Assembly: GCA_017443295.1 (NCBI GenBank)
Contig: JAFSNT010000230.1
Location: 1,709 to 65,708, forward strand
DNA: 64,000 nt
From: Clostridia bacterium
Lineage (GTDB): Bacteria; Bacillota; Clostridia; Christensenellales; Aristaeellaceae
Direction of reading: 5' to 3'
Each line of letters opens with the position of its first letter. The first letter of the stretch is position 1. The notes under the pieces are model-generated. The model had not been told where the DNA came from and searched no databases. It was given only the letters and a program-made list of their open reading frames with translations. This document shows positions 1 through 8,534 of this stretch, one piece after another. The position numbers and the translations under genes are program-made.

Positions 1-57
1 AAGTTGCCCATTTTCAAGGCCGCATGGGCATATTGTCCCTTCCCGGCGTCTTCCGTA

Positions 58-1893
58 TCAGTCGGCCAGCGTACCGGCCCGTTCAAGCAGGGTGAGCAGG
101 TACACGAATTCCTCTTTGTAGGGGTCGCCGGTCACCAAGCCGCTGGAACGGGCCAGGGCCAGGGCGCTGGTCCAGGAAGCGCTGCCCGCGTAGGAGCTTT
201 GCCGCAGCAGCATGCCCGCTTCCGCCACGGCGGCGGCGAACTTCATCTGATCGGACAGGTCGGTTTTCGCCTCCCCCGTCAGGGGGTAGGACCACAATTG
301 GCTCTCTTTGGCGTCGGGCTGCTTGGCGCGAATGTTCAGCGTCAGCCATTCGTCGCTGCCCTCGGCGGCGGCGGGCTGCTGATATTTGCTCTGGGGCGCG
401 TCCACGGAAAAGGCGCTGCCCACGGGCACGATCTCATACAGCGCCGTGACCCGGTGCCCGCTGCCGATCTCGCCGCCGTCCACGGTATCGTCGGCAAAAT
501 CCTCCGCCGCCAGCAGCCGGTCTTCATAGCCGATGAGCCGGTAGGCGCTGACCTTGGCGGGGTTGAAGTCCAATTGGAGCTTCACGTCCTTCGCCACCTC
601 CAGGAAGGTGCCGCCCGCTTCCGTGACCAGCGCGCGCCGCGCTTCATAGACGGAATCCAGATAATAATAGTTGCCGTCGCCGTAATCCGCCAGGGCCTCC
701 AGCTTGTTGTCCTTGTAATTGCCGTAGCCCACGCCGAGCATGGTGAGGCGCACGCCGCTTTGCTTCTTTTCCATCACCAGCCGGGCCAAATCGCCCTCGC
801 TGGTCATACCCACGTTAAAGTCACCGTCCGTAGCCATGAGGATGCGGTTGACGCCGCCCTCCACGGCGTATTCCTCCGCCAGCTGATACGCCGTCTGAAT
901 ACCGGCGGCGCTGTTGGTGCTGCCCCTGGCCTGCAGGCCCGAAATGGCCTCCATGATGCGCACCTTGTCCGCGGCGGGTACGCCGGAAAGCACCACCTCG
1001 TCCCGGGAGGCGTAGGTCACGATGGATACGGTGTCCTGGGGCTGCAATTCGTCCAGCAGCAGCAGGAACGCCCGCTTCACCAGATCCAGCCGGTTTGAGC
1101 CGAACATGGAACCCGATACGTCGATGAGGAACACCAGATTGTGCCGGGGCCTGTCTTCCGCCATGACCGTTTTGGCCTGGAGGCCCACCTGCAAAAGCAG
1201 GGTATCTTCATTCCACGGACAGGGAGCCAGCTCCAGAAATACGCCGAAGGGGTCGCCGTCCTGGGGCTGGGGATAATCGTATTGGAAATAATTGAGCATT
1301 TCCTCGATGCGCACCGCGTCGGCGGGCGCCGCTTTGCCCGTCAGGAGCATGGAACGCAATTGAGCGTAGGACGCGGTGTCCACGTCGGCGGCGAAGGTGG
1401 AAAAGGGCGAAACGGACACGCTCTGGAAGCCGTTCTCCCGGATATAGGCGTACTCGTTAGTATTCCAATCGTAGCTGTTTCCCAGCCCTCTGCTCGCCCC
1501 AAGGGCGGCGGGCATGGAAGTGGCCATGGGGGCCATCATGTAATACGCGCCGCTTTCCTCCGCCTCTTCATAGTATTTCATCTCTGTGACGGGGTTGTTC
1601 TTTTTTGCGTTTTCGCTGAACAGGGCCTCCAGGGTGAGCCTGTCCCCCATGCCGGTGACCAGCAGGCCGTTATTCCGCTGGAAGGCCATGAGGGCGTTTT
1701 CCGTGGCTTCGTCAAAAACGCCGTGGGCGTCGCCCGTCAGATACGCTAATTCGATCAGCCGCGCCTGCAAAGCGGCCACTTCTTCCCCCGTATCGCCCTT
1801 TTGCAGCGTTTTGCCCTCCGCCAGGACGGGCAGCGCGGCGGTCAATAGCAGCACTATCGTCAGCAGCGCGGCCAGCAATTTTTTCCCTGTCAT
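58..1893 (-). CDS. secreted vWA-domain protein with N-terminal peptidoglycan-binding domain (YfbK-like)
   Basis: ORF 58..2148 trimmed to the ATG at 1893. MTGKKLLAALLTIVLLLTAALPVLAEG is a signal peptide preceded by GGAGGAAGG. PG-binding-like LQKGDTGEEVAALQARLIEL and the vWA MIDAS block NLVFLIDVSGSM are present. Family names by recall. Confidence 0.8.
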   Translation of the reverse strand: MTGKKLLAALLTIVLLLTAALPVLAEGKTLQKGDTGEEVAALQARLIELAYLTGDAHGVFDEATENALMAFQRNNGLLVTGMGDRLTLEALFSENAKKNNPVTEMKYYEEAEESGAYYMMAPMATSMPAALGASRGLGNSYDWNTNEYAYIRENGFQSVSVSPFSTFAADVDTASYAQLRSMLLTGKAAPADAVRIEEMLNYFQYDYPQPQDGDPFGVFLELAPCPWNEDTLLLQVGLQAKTVMAEDRPRHNLVFLIDVSGSMFGSNRLDLVKRAFLLLLDELQPQDTVSIVTYASRDEVVLSGVPAADKVRIMEAISGLQARGSTNSAAGIQTAYQLAEEYAVEGGVNRILMATDGDFNVGMTSEGDLARLVMEKKQSGVRLTMLGVGYGNYKDNKLEALADYGDGNYYYLDSVYEARRALVTEAGGTFLEVAKDVKLQLDFNPAKVSAYRLIGYEDRLLAAEDFADDTVDGGEIGSGHRVTALYEIVPVGSAFSVDAPQSKYQQPAAAEGSDEWLTLNIRAKQPDAKESQLWSYPLTGEAKTDLSDQMKFAAAVAEAGMLLRQSSYAGSASWTSALALARSSGLVTGDPYKEEFVYLLTLLERAGTLAD

Positions 1894-1983
1894 TTTTCCT
1901 TCCTCCTTTTTCCTGTGAAGTCCTTTCACTGTATTGGACGAACCGGAGGAAAAAAAGTTCCGGGAAAAAGAAAAAAATTTTGC

Positions 1984-2017
1984 GCAAAAAACGCCGGAAG
2001 CTTTTGGATTCCGGCGC
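1984..2017 (-). terminator. intrinsic terminator after the 2037..2849 gene
   Basis: gccggaa..ttccggc stem followed by a T-run on the minus strand. Confidence 0.65.
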
Positions 2018-2036
2018 ATCAATATCATTTTGAAAT

Positions 2037-2849
2037 TCAGTCGTCCGCTTCCCGGGATTCCGCGCCGTTGGCCAGGGCCTTGGCGTATTTCTCGGTCATG
2101 AGGTCGATGGAATAGAGGTACGGTTCGCCGTTGATGGCGGCCTCGCATTCCCGGATATCCTGATAGGCGGGATCGGTCTTCATCTGGGCGATGATGGCGC
2201 CCATGCGCTCCTTGTCCAGGTAGAAGGGCTGGCGGGCGAAGTAGTACACGGGGGTGGGGGTGGGGAAAGCCTTGCAGTTGAAGCGCACCATTTCCGCCAC
2301 AGTGCGGGCGTCGTCCTTTTCCAGGGTCAGCACGGCGATTTTGGCGTAATTGTTCGCCATCAGTTCGTCGGAATAGAAGTATTCGTCCTTCTGGCCCTTT
2401 ACGGACTGAATGTCCTTGCAGCTTTCGTCCGCTTTGAGCTGGGCCAGCAGGGCGTCAACGTCCTCCTCGTCCTTGGCGATGAGGGCCTTGGGGGTGATGA
2501 GGGCCGATTTGCAGCGCTCCCGAATGAATTCGGCCAACAGCTGGGCCTTGGTCTTTTCCGGCTCCGGGGGCTGCTCCGGTTCCGGCGCGGAGGGCGGGAA
2601 GGGGTCTTCCACGTCGGGCAGGGACTGCATGTAATCGAAGATATCCGGCTTTTCCGCCGGGGCGGCGGGCTGAGTTTCCCCGGCAGCCTCCATGGCCTGC
2701 TGCTGCATGACCCGTTTTTCCAGCTTGGGGTTGTCCAGCTCCTTGTTCACGGCGGGGTCCAGCGCGTCGCTGAATTCGCCGGGGATCTCGCTGGGCTTGA
2801 GCTCCACTTCCTTGGAGAAGCCGGGCTTGCGGCGTCCGAATAATGCCAT
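2037..2849 (-). CDS. hypothetical protein with internal duplicated C-terminal module
   Basis: ORF 2037..2876 trimmed to the ATG at 2849, with AAGGAGG about 8 nt upstream; the upstream ATGs sit on the RBS. A Pro/Glu-rich linker is followed by two similar modules (..DEYFYSDELMANNYAKI.. and ..GEPYLYSIDLMTEKYAKA..). No family recognised. Confidence 0.6.
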   Translation of the reverse strand: MALFGRRKPGFSKEVELKPSEIPGEFSDALDPAVNKELDNPKLEKRVMQQQAMEAAGETQPAAPAEKPDIFDYMQSLPDVEDPFPPSAPEPEQPPEPEKTKAQLLAEFIRERCKSALITPKALIAKDEEDVDALLAQLKADESCKDIQSVKGQKDEYFYSDELMANNYAKIAVLTLEKDDARTVAEMVRFNCKAFPTPTPVYYFARQPFYLDKERMGAIIAQMKTDPAYQDIRECEAAINGEPYLYSIDLMTEKYAKALANGAESREADD

Positions 2850-2862
2850 TTCCATGACCTCC

Positions 2863-3900
2863 TTATGCGTTGTCAAAGGTGATGGTCTGCCGTCCCGCGT
2901 CCACCGCAGCCTGCACCCCGAAAGGCAGGATGCACCGAGGCCGGGCGTGGCCGATGTTCAGGTTGCACAGGATGGGTAAGTCCGGCTTGCCAATCACTTC
3001 CGTCAGCAGCTTTTTATATTCCGTGTGGTAGGTTTCGTCCATGGGCTTGCCTGCCAGCACGCCGCTGATCGCGTCAAAGACGCCGGTGCTTTTCAGTTTC
3101 AGCAGCGCCTGTTCGTATTTTTCCGGCGGCATCTTTTCTTCGCAGGATTCCAGCAGCAGGATGCGGCCCCGCCAATCCTCCAGGGACGGGAACAGCCCGT
3201 ATTTTTTGCACAGAACGGGCATATCCCCGTACCGTTCGCCGTCAAAGAAATCATACAGGGAATCGATGCAGCCGCCGAGGATTTTCCCTGAAAACCGTTC
3301 CGGCCCTTGCAGCAGTTCAAAGCCCTGATTGGGATGATCGGGGGTCGGTTTTCCGACCTGATCCGGGCCGAAATTGGTTCTTTCCTCGTACCAAATATCG
3401 CTGGGCGTCACTTGCCGGATGGTGCCGGTTTCGATCAGTTCTTCAAAATACTTCCGGGTATACGGCAGCATTTCTTTGTCCATCTCGCACACGTCCGCCA
3501 GGAAGGACTGGCCGTAAAAGGACCTTGCGCCTACCTTGTGCAGCATCAAATGATTGATGGTTGTATCGGAAAAACCCAAAAACACCTTGTCCGTTACGGC
3601 TTTTTTTAATTCGTCATGGTCAAACAGGTACGGCAGCAGCCGGTAGGTATCGTCCCCACCGTTGGCGCACAGGATCATGTCCACCTCGGGATCCTGATAA
3701 GCTGCCAGCAGGTCCTCCGCCCGTTTTTCCGGGTGCTCCTTCACGTAATCGATCCCTTTCAGCGCATGGGGCATGAAACGCACCGATAAGCCGTAAGCCT
3801 CCAGGCGCTTGATCCCAATATCCAGTTCGTGTTTCACAAACGGCTCCCCGATGATGCCGCTGGACAGGCTGACAATGGCGACGGTTTTGATCTTTTGCAT
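2863..3900 (-). CDS. LD-carboxypeptidase / peptidase S66 (LdcA/MccF-like)
   Basis: 345-aa ORF starting MQKIKTVAIVSLSSGIIGE... Length and N-terminal pattern are typical of the S66 family. Assignment by recall. Confidence 0.65.
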   Translation of the reverse strand: MQKIKTVAIVSLSSGIIGEPFVKHELDIGIKRLEAYGLSVRFMPHALKGIDYVKEHPEKRAEDLLAAYQDPEVDMILCANGGDDTYRLLPYLFDHDELKKAVTDKVFLGFSDTTINHLMLHKVGARSFYGQSFLADVCEMDKEMLPYTRKYFEELIETGTIRQVTPSDIWYEERTNFGPDQVGKPTPDHPNQGFELLQGPERFSGKILGGCIDSLYDFFDGERYGDMPVLCKKYGLFPSLEDWRGRILLLESCEEKMPPEKYEQALLKLKSTGVFDAISGVLAGKPMDETYHTEYKKLLTEVIGKPDLPILCNLNIGHARPRCILPFGVQAAVDAGRQTITFDNA

Positions 3901-4054
3901 GTGCTCAACCCCTTTCCGGGAAGAATGTTCTTCATAACGGAAAAAAACTCCTGCACAGAGACTTGCACAGGAGTCACTTTTTACATTATTTGCTCAAATT
4001 GCCCATTTTCATTGAAATATCAAGCCATCCCTTATAGCTTTCTCGGAAGGGGGG

Positions 4055-4098
4055 CTGGGGGAAACCGCTCTTTGGCTACAAAGAGCGGTTTCCCCCAG
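4055..4098. repeat. perfect palindrome, 20-bp stem with 4-nt loop (REP-like)
   Basis: ctgggggaaaccgctctttg gcta caaagagcggtttcccccag. The arms are shared with 12681-12794. Confidence 0.9.
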
Positions 4099-4109
4099 AA
4101 AATATCTCC

Positions 4110-6305
4110 TTAGATCAGGCCCAGCTCTTCCAGCTTATCCGCGCAGTCCTTGAGGTCGAACTTTTCCAGGGTCTCGCGGGTGGGGATGCCGGTTTCCTTG
4201 TTCCAGCCCATGGCCTCGTACCACATATCCAGGCTCTTTTCCCAGTCTTCCCGATCCAGCTTCACGGTGCCCTGCTCGAAGGGCTTGAAGTCCGGCTCCT
4301 TATCGAAGACCCAATCGGAGACCCGGTCATGATCCTTGCGCAGGTTGGTGCTGCCTAAGTTCAGCTTGAAGCTCACGGCGGTCATGACGCGGAGCAGCTG
4401 GCTGATGCGCTCGGAATCCCGTTCCTGATCGTCCCGGGTGTAGGTTTCGCCCAGCACAGCGGACATGTACTTGGCGTCCAGATCCAAATCGCCGATGTAA
4501 TCGCGCTTCTTGCTGGTGGCGATGGTCATGGGGTACATCCAGTTGCACAGGGTGGCGCTGTCGTGCCACTGCTTGCCGATGAAGGCCCACTTCGCCAGCT
4601 TGATCTTGTTCTCGTTGATGGGGGTGTAGTTCTTCTGGGCGTCGGTGCAGCCTTCGCCGAAGAAATGCTCCAGCACGGGCTTGATGATCTCGTTGTATGG
4701 CGCGCCGGAGGAGCAGAAGTTGATCAGGTGATGAATCATGCAGTCACGGTTGTACATCATGCTGTACAGCGTGCCCGCCTGCCAGCAGTTTTCGGGGCCG
4801 TGATGGCGGGGATAGCCGTTGTGGCCGATGTTGAAGTTCTTGCCGTTGACGAAATCGTAGAAGCTGACGCCCGCCACGTTCTTTTCGGGATCGTCCATGC
4901 CCCACTTTTCGTAGAGGCGGTAGGTGCCAAGGCCCAGATCGGAGAACAGGCCCTTGCCTAAGGAAATGCGGCGGTAGACCTCCACGCACCAGCGCGGGTC
5001 GCCGGATTCCATGAGATCCCAGGGGATTTCGTCCCATTCGCCGGGATAGAGGCGATCCGCCACGTCCTTGAGGACGCCGGTGGTATAGGCCATGTTGAAG
5101 TCTTCGTAGAGGTTTCCGTAGTTGCACCACACGCCGTAATCGTCCGCCGCCCGGGAACCGGCGCCGCCCAAGATCATCTTGGCGTCGTTCTCGTCCACGA
5201 AGCTGTGGGTGGACTTGACCTTGTTGCCGTCGGCGTCCTTATGGTCGGGGTACCATTCCAGCATCTTGATGATGGGCATGCAGGTGTTGGAAACGTGGGT
5301 GGGCAGGTCGTAATCCGCCAGGGGATCCATATCGTATTCGGTGTAGCAGCGCACGGGGCAGGAGGAGCAGCCGCCCTGCTTCACGGTGTACTTTTCGGCG
5401 ATTTCGCCAAAGTCGAACACGCCCTTGTTGCAGCGCAGGGCCGCCACGTTGATCTGGCCGCTGGGCTGCTCGCCCATGTCGATGGGACCCTTGGGGGCCT
5501 TGTCCCAGGTGATGCCGGGAGCGCCCTGCCAGCGGTTGTTGGTGGCCACGTATTCGCTCCAGCTCTGGGCGTGGCAGGGAACGGTGTGGTTGTTGTTGCC
5601 GCCCACCAGATCCTTGATCATGTAGTTGGACAGCAGGCGGACCTTCAGAGGTTCGGCGATCTTCACCGCGCCGGTGCCGCGAACCACCACGGCCTTAACC
5701 TTCTTGCTGCCCAGCAGCGCGCCGATGCCAGCGCCGCCGCTGTTGCCGAAGGAGGTGATGATGTTGCTCATGGGCACCAGGTTTTCACCGGCGGGGCCGA
5801 TGGAGGCCACGTCGAATTCCGGGCCGTTTTCCTTGGACAGGGTGGCGTTGGTTTCAAAGGTGCCCTTGCCCCACACGTGGGAAGCGTCCTCGATGGTCAC
5901 CTTATCGTCCTCGATTTTGATATAAACGGGCTTGCTGCTCTGGCCTTCCACGATCATGGCGTCATAACCCGCGTACTTGAAGGCGTGGGCGATATGGCCG
6001 CCCATGTGGGCGTCCACGATGGAATAGCCTTTGCTCCAGCAGGAAAGCAGGGTGATGTTCATGCGGCCGGAGCAGGGCACGCCGGAGGCCGTCAGGGGGC
6101 CGACGCCGAACACGCACTTGGCGTCTGGGCCAAGAGGATCGGTGTCCAGGGGCACTTCGTCCCAAATCACTTTATAGCCAAGGCCCATGCCGCCGATATA
6201 GGGCTTATACTTGGGCAGGGTGTCTTCCTTGGTAATCGCGCCGGTGGTCAGGTTCACGCGGACGATCGTACCCGCCCAGCCGTTGATGCCATTTTTCACA
6301 GACAT
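4110..6305 (-). CDS. aldehyde:ferredoxin oxidoreductase family W/Mo-pterin enzyme (YdhV-like, 731 aa)
   Basis: AOR N-terminal signature MSVKNGINGWAGTIVRVNLTTG..YIGGMGLG. FeS motif GGCSSCPVRC. No signal peptide of its own. Confidence 0.85.
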   Translation of the reverse strand: MSVKNGINGWAGTIVRVNLTTGAITKEDTLPKYKPYIGGMGLGYKVIWDEVPLDTDPLGPDAKCVFGVGPLTASGVPCSGRMNITLLSCWSKGYSIVDAHMGGHIAHAFKYAGYDAMIVEGQSSKPVYIKIEDDKVTIEDASHVWGKGTFETNATLSKENGPEFDVASIGPAGENLVPMSNIITSFGNSGGAGIGALLGSKKVKAVVVRGTGAVKIAEPLKVRLLSNYMIKDLVGGNNNHTVPCHAQSWSEYVATNNRWQGAPGITWDKAPKGPIDMGEQPSGQINVAALRCNKGVFDFGEIAEKYTVKQGGCSSCPVRCYTEYDMDPLADYDLPTHVSNTCMPIIKMLEWYPDHKDADGNKVKSTHSFVDENDAKMILGGAGSRAADDYGVWCNYGNLYEDFNMAYTTGVLKDVADRLYPGEWDEIPWDLMESGDPRWCVEVYRRISLGKGLFSDLGLGTYRLYEKWGMDDPEKNVAGVSFYDFVNGKNFNIGHNGYPRHHGPENCWQAGTLYSMMYNRDCMIHHLINFCSSGAPYNEIIKPVLEHFFGEGCTDAQKNYTPINENKIKLAKWAFIGKQWHDSATLCNWMYPMTIATSKKRDYIGDLDLDAKYMSAVLGETYTRDDQERDSERISQLLRVMTAVSFKLNLGSTNLRKDHDRVSDWVFDKEPDFKPFEQGTVKLDREDWEKSLDMWYEAMGWNKETGIPTRETLEKFDLKDCADKLEELGLI

Positions 6306-6351
6306 GATGATGTCCCTCCTATTTTCTTATTGATAAAAGCGGGTACTGCGA

Positions 6352-6990
6352 TCAGATCGCCTGGGAAACGGACACGATGGCGTCCCAGGGAACGATGGAC
6401 AGCGCGCCGGAGGGGCAGCCCTCGGCACAGGCGCCGCACATGATGCACTTGGAGGATTTGTGGGTGACGGGGTTCACGGTGGGCATATGCCAGGGGCACG
6501 CCTGGGCGCACGCGCCGCAGCCGATGCACTTTTCGGTGTCCACCCGGCGGATGCCCAGGTCATCGGCGTAAATCGCGCCCATGGGGCAGGCGTTGCCGCA
6601 GGCCGGGTCTTCGCACTGGCGGCAGGTGTCCGGGAAGTACACCCAGTTGTTCTCGGTGTACAGGCCGTTGCCGTTGCGGCTGGAATACAGGTTGCGGGTC
6701 ACCTTCACGCGGGAAATGTAGCTGGAGCAGCAGCCGTCGTTGGTGAGCGTGCAGTTGATTTCGCAGCGCTGGCAGCCCACGCACCGATCCTCATTCACCA
6801 CCAGCAGGCCCTGGGGGAACGCCCACACCCGCACCTTGTCCTCGGCCACCGCTTCCTTTGTCACGCCCAGCACGCTGAGCAAGGAAGTGGAAATGGCCAG
6901 CCCGGCCAGACTCTTGCCCGACAGCTTCAGAAACTGGCGGCGGGTGTAGTCCTTGTCCAGGAAGCTCTTGCGATCCTTGGATTCAGTCAT
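6352..6990 (-). CDS. Tat-signal 4Fe-4S ferredoxin-type subunit (YdhX/YdhY-like)
   Basis: ORF 6352..7170 trimmed to the ATG at 6990, with GAGGAGGAG RBS upstream. Twin-arginine motif TRRQFLKLSG followed by a hydrophobic stretch. Several CxxCxxCxxxC clusters. Confidence 0.85.
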   Translation of the reverse strand: MTESKDRKSFLDKDYTRRQFLKLSGKSLAGLAISTSLLSVLGVTKEAVAEDKVRVWAFPQGLLVVNEDRCVGCQRCEINCTLTNDGCCSSYISRVKVTRNLYSSRNGNGLYTENNWVYFPDTCRQCEDPACGNACPMGAIYADDLGIRRVDTEKCIGCGACAQACPWHMPTVNPVTHKSSKCIMCGACAEGCPSGALSIVPWDAIVSVSQAI

Positions 6991-7275
6991 GTTCGATCTC
7001 CTCCTCACGATATGGATAGACTGGGAACGCCGGAGGCCCCTCCTCCCGGCGCAAACAAATACCCGCCGCACGCAAAACACGCGGATCATGCACCAAGAAA
7101 AGCACACCCTCGCGCGTTCCGTTCGACGGGCTCCTTCGCAAAAGGCAAGCGCTTCCGTTGCCGGAAACACTCATCGGTTTAGGCGGCCCCGTGGGTCATC
7201 CCAAACTCGGAGCATGTTTGAACTGGTTTCATTATAACAGATTAACACAGAATTGAAAAGAGTTTTTCAAAAAAA

Positions 7276-7854
7276 CTATTTCGCCAGCCGCGCGATGATC
7301 TCCGCGCAGGCTTCCAGGCCCAGGGCGCCGCTGTCCAGGGCCAGGTGGTAATTGTTCAGATCGCCCCACTTGCGGTCGGTATACAATTGGTAGTACGCCT
7401 TGCGCTTTTTATCCTTGTCCTTGAGGCGCTGGAAGGGATCCTCGGCGCGTTCGCCGTACTGGTGTACGATGCGCTCCGCCCGCTTTTCCATGGAGGCGTG
7501 AATGAACACCTTGAGCAGGTCGTCCCGGTCGTCTAAGATGTAATCGGCGCAGCGGCCGATGAGTACGCAGGGGCCTTTGTCCGCGATTTCCCGGATCACC
7601 TTGGTCTGGGCGCGGGTCAAATCGTCCTGGAGGGAATGGCCGTAGAAATCCCGCCCGGCGGTGAAGGACAGCCAGCCCCCCGTCACGTTTTCGGAATTTT
7701 CCTCCACATAGGCCCGGATCAGGCCGCTTTCCTCGGCGATTTTGTCGATCAGCTCCTGATCGTAGCAGGGAACGCCCAATTTTTCCGCCGCCATGCGGCC
7801 GATGGTTCGCCCGCCGCTGCCAAATTCGCGGCTGATGGTAACGATTTTGCTCAT
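7276..7854 (-). CDS. cytidylate kinase-like family protein
   Basis: MSKIVTISREFGSGGRTIG P-loop-like start, typical of the Cytidylate_kin2 family. 192 aa. Confidence 0.7.
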   Translation of the reverse strand: MSKIVTISREFGSGGRTIGRMAAEKLGVPCYDQELIDKIAEESGLIRAYVEENSENVTGGWLSFTAGRDFYGHSLQDDLTRAQTKVIREIADKGPCVLIGRCADYILDDRDDLLKVFIHASMEKRAERIVHQYGERAEDPFQRLKDKDKKRKAYYQLYTDRKWGDLNNYHLALDSGALGLEACAEIIARLAK

Positions 7855-7874
7855 AATAAAGCTCCCTTCTGGTC

Positions 7875-7955
7875 AGAGTTGAGAGTTGAAATTGTATGGC
7901 CTGATATATTCGGATTTTGAACGATTCGACTATCTAAATCTCAACTCTCAACTCT
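7875..7955. repeat. heptad-arm hairpin element A (AGAGTTG flavour, 15-bp perfect arms)
   Basis: agagttgagagttga at 7875-7889 is the exact reverse complement of 7941-7955. 51-nt AT-rich loop. Confidence 0.9.
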
Positions 7956-7960
7956 TTTTT

Positions 7961-8419
7961 TCATTTCGTTTCGCACAATACCTTCACCACGGCTTTCCGG
8001 CACACTGCCGGGCCTTTTTCCGGCAGGCCGGGGGCATGGGCCTCGCCGGGCAGGAAGATCACGAACTGATTTTCCCACAGGGTGAATTCCACCGCGTTCT
8101 CCACCTGGGTCACTTCCCGGAAATCCCCGTTCAGGGGACCCGGCACGCCTTTGCCCCACCGGAAGCGTTCGCTGCCCCGCAGGATCAGTTGGATATCGGC
8201 GTAGCGGTCGTGGGCCTCGAAGCCCGGCTCCTTCTCCTGCTGGGTGTATTCCTGCATGAGTACGAACACGTTTTCCCCGTCGATTTCGTGCTTTCCCACG
8301 GGCAGGGCGGCAAATTCGCCCGCCTCCAGGAATCGAACCGCGGCGGCGAAATGCTTCCCTAACCGGGCGTAATCAAAGGAAAACCCCTTTCCCTTTTCAG
8401 GCAACTGACCAATCAGCAT
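7961..8419 (-). CDS. yhcH: YhcH/YjgK/YiaL (EbgC-like, DUF386) family protein, sialic-acid associated
   Basis: MLIGQLPEKGKGFS..HDRYADIQLILRGSE pattern of the YhcH family. Start is ambiguous between 8419 and 8428. Sits in a nan-type neighbourhood. Confidence 0.7.
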   Translation of the reverse strand: MLIGQLPEKGKGFSFDYARLGKHFAAAVRFLEAGEFAALPVGKHEIDGENVFVLMQEYTQQEKEPGFEAHDRYADIQLILRGSERFRWGKGVPGPLNGDFREVTQVENAVEFTLWENQFVIFLPGEAHAPGLPEKGPAVCRKAVVKVLCETK

Positions 8420-8436
8420 AACAACCATCCTTTCAT

Positions 8437-8534
8437 AAAAAGTGGAAATTGGAAAGTGAAAAGTGAAAATTTGAACAGCCGAATGTAAGGGCAAAATAAA
8501 TCTTCACTTTCCACTTTTAACTTTTCACTTTTTT
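8437..8534. repeat. heptad-arm hairpin element B (AAAAGTG/GAAAGTG flavour, ~5 heptads per arm)
   Basis: Left arm 8437-8471 and right arm 8501-8534 are imperfectly complementary. The right arm touches the stop codon of the GntR gene. Confidence 0.85.

Noticed and set aside
4-1098. 364-aa plus-strand ORF
   Set aside because: It is antisense to the well-supported vWA gene. The Gly/Ala/Val/His/Arg-rich composition is typical of shadow ORFs in high-GC DNA. No RBS or recognisable motif.
5205-6443. 412-aa plus-strand ORF
   Set aside because: It lies entirely antisense to the AOR gene, with low-complexity GAVH-rich translation.
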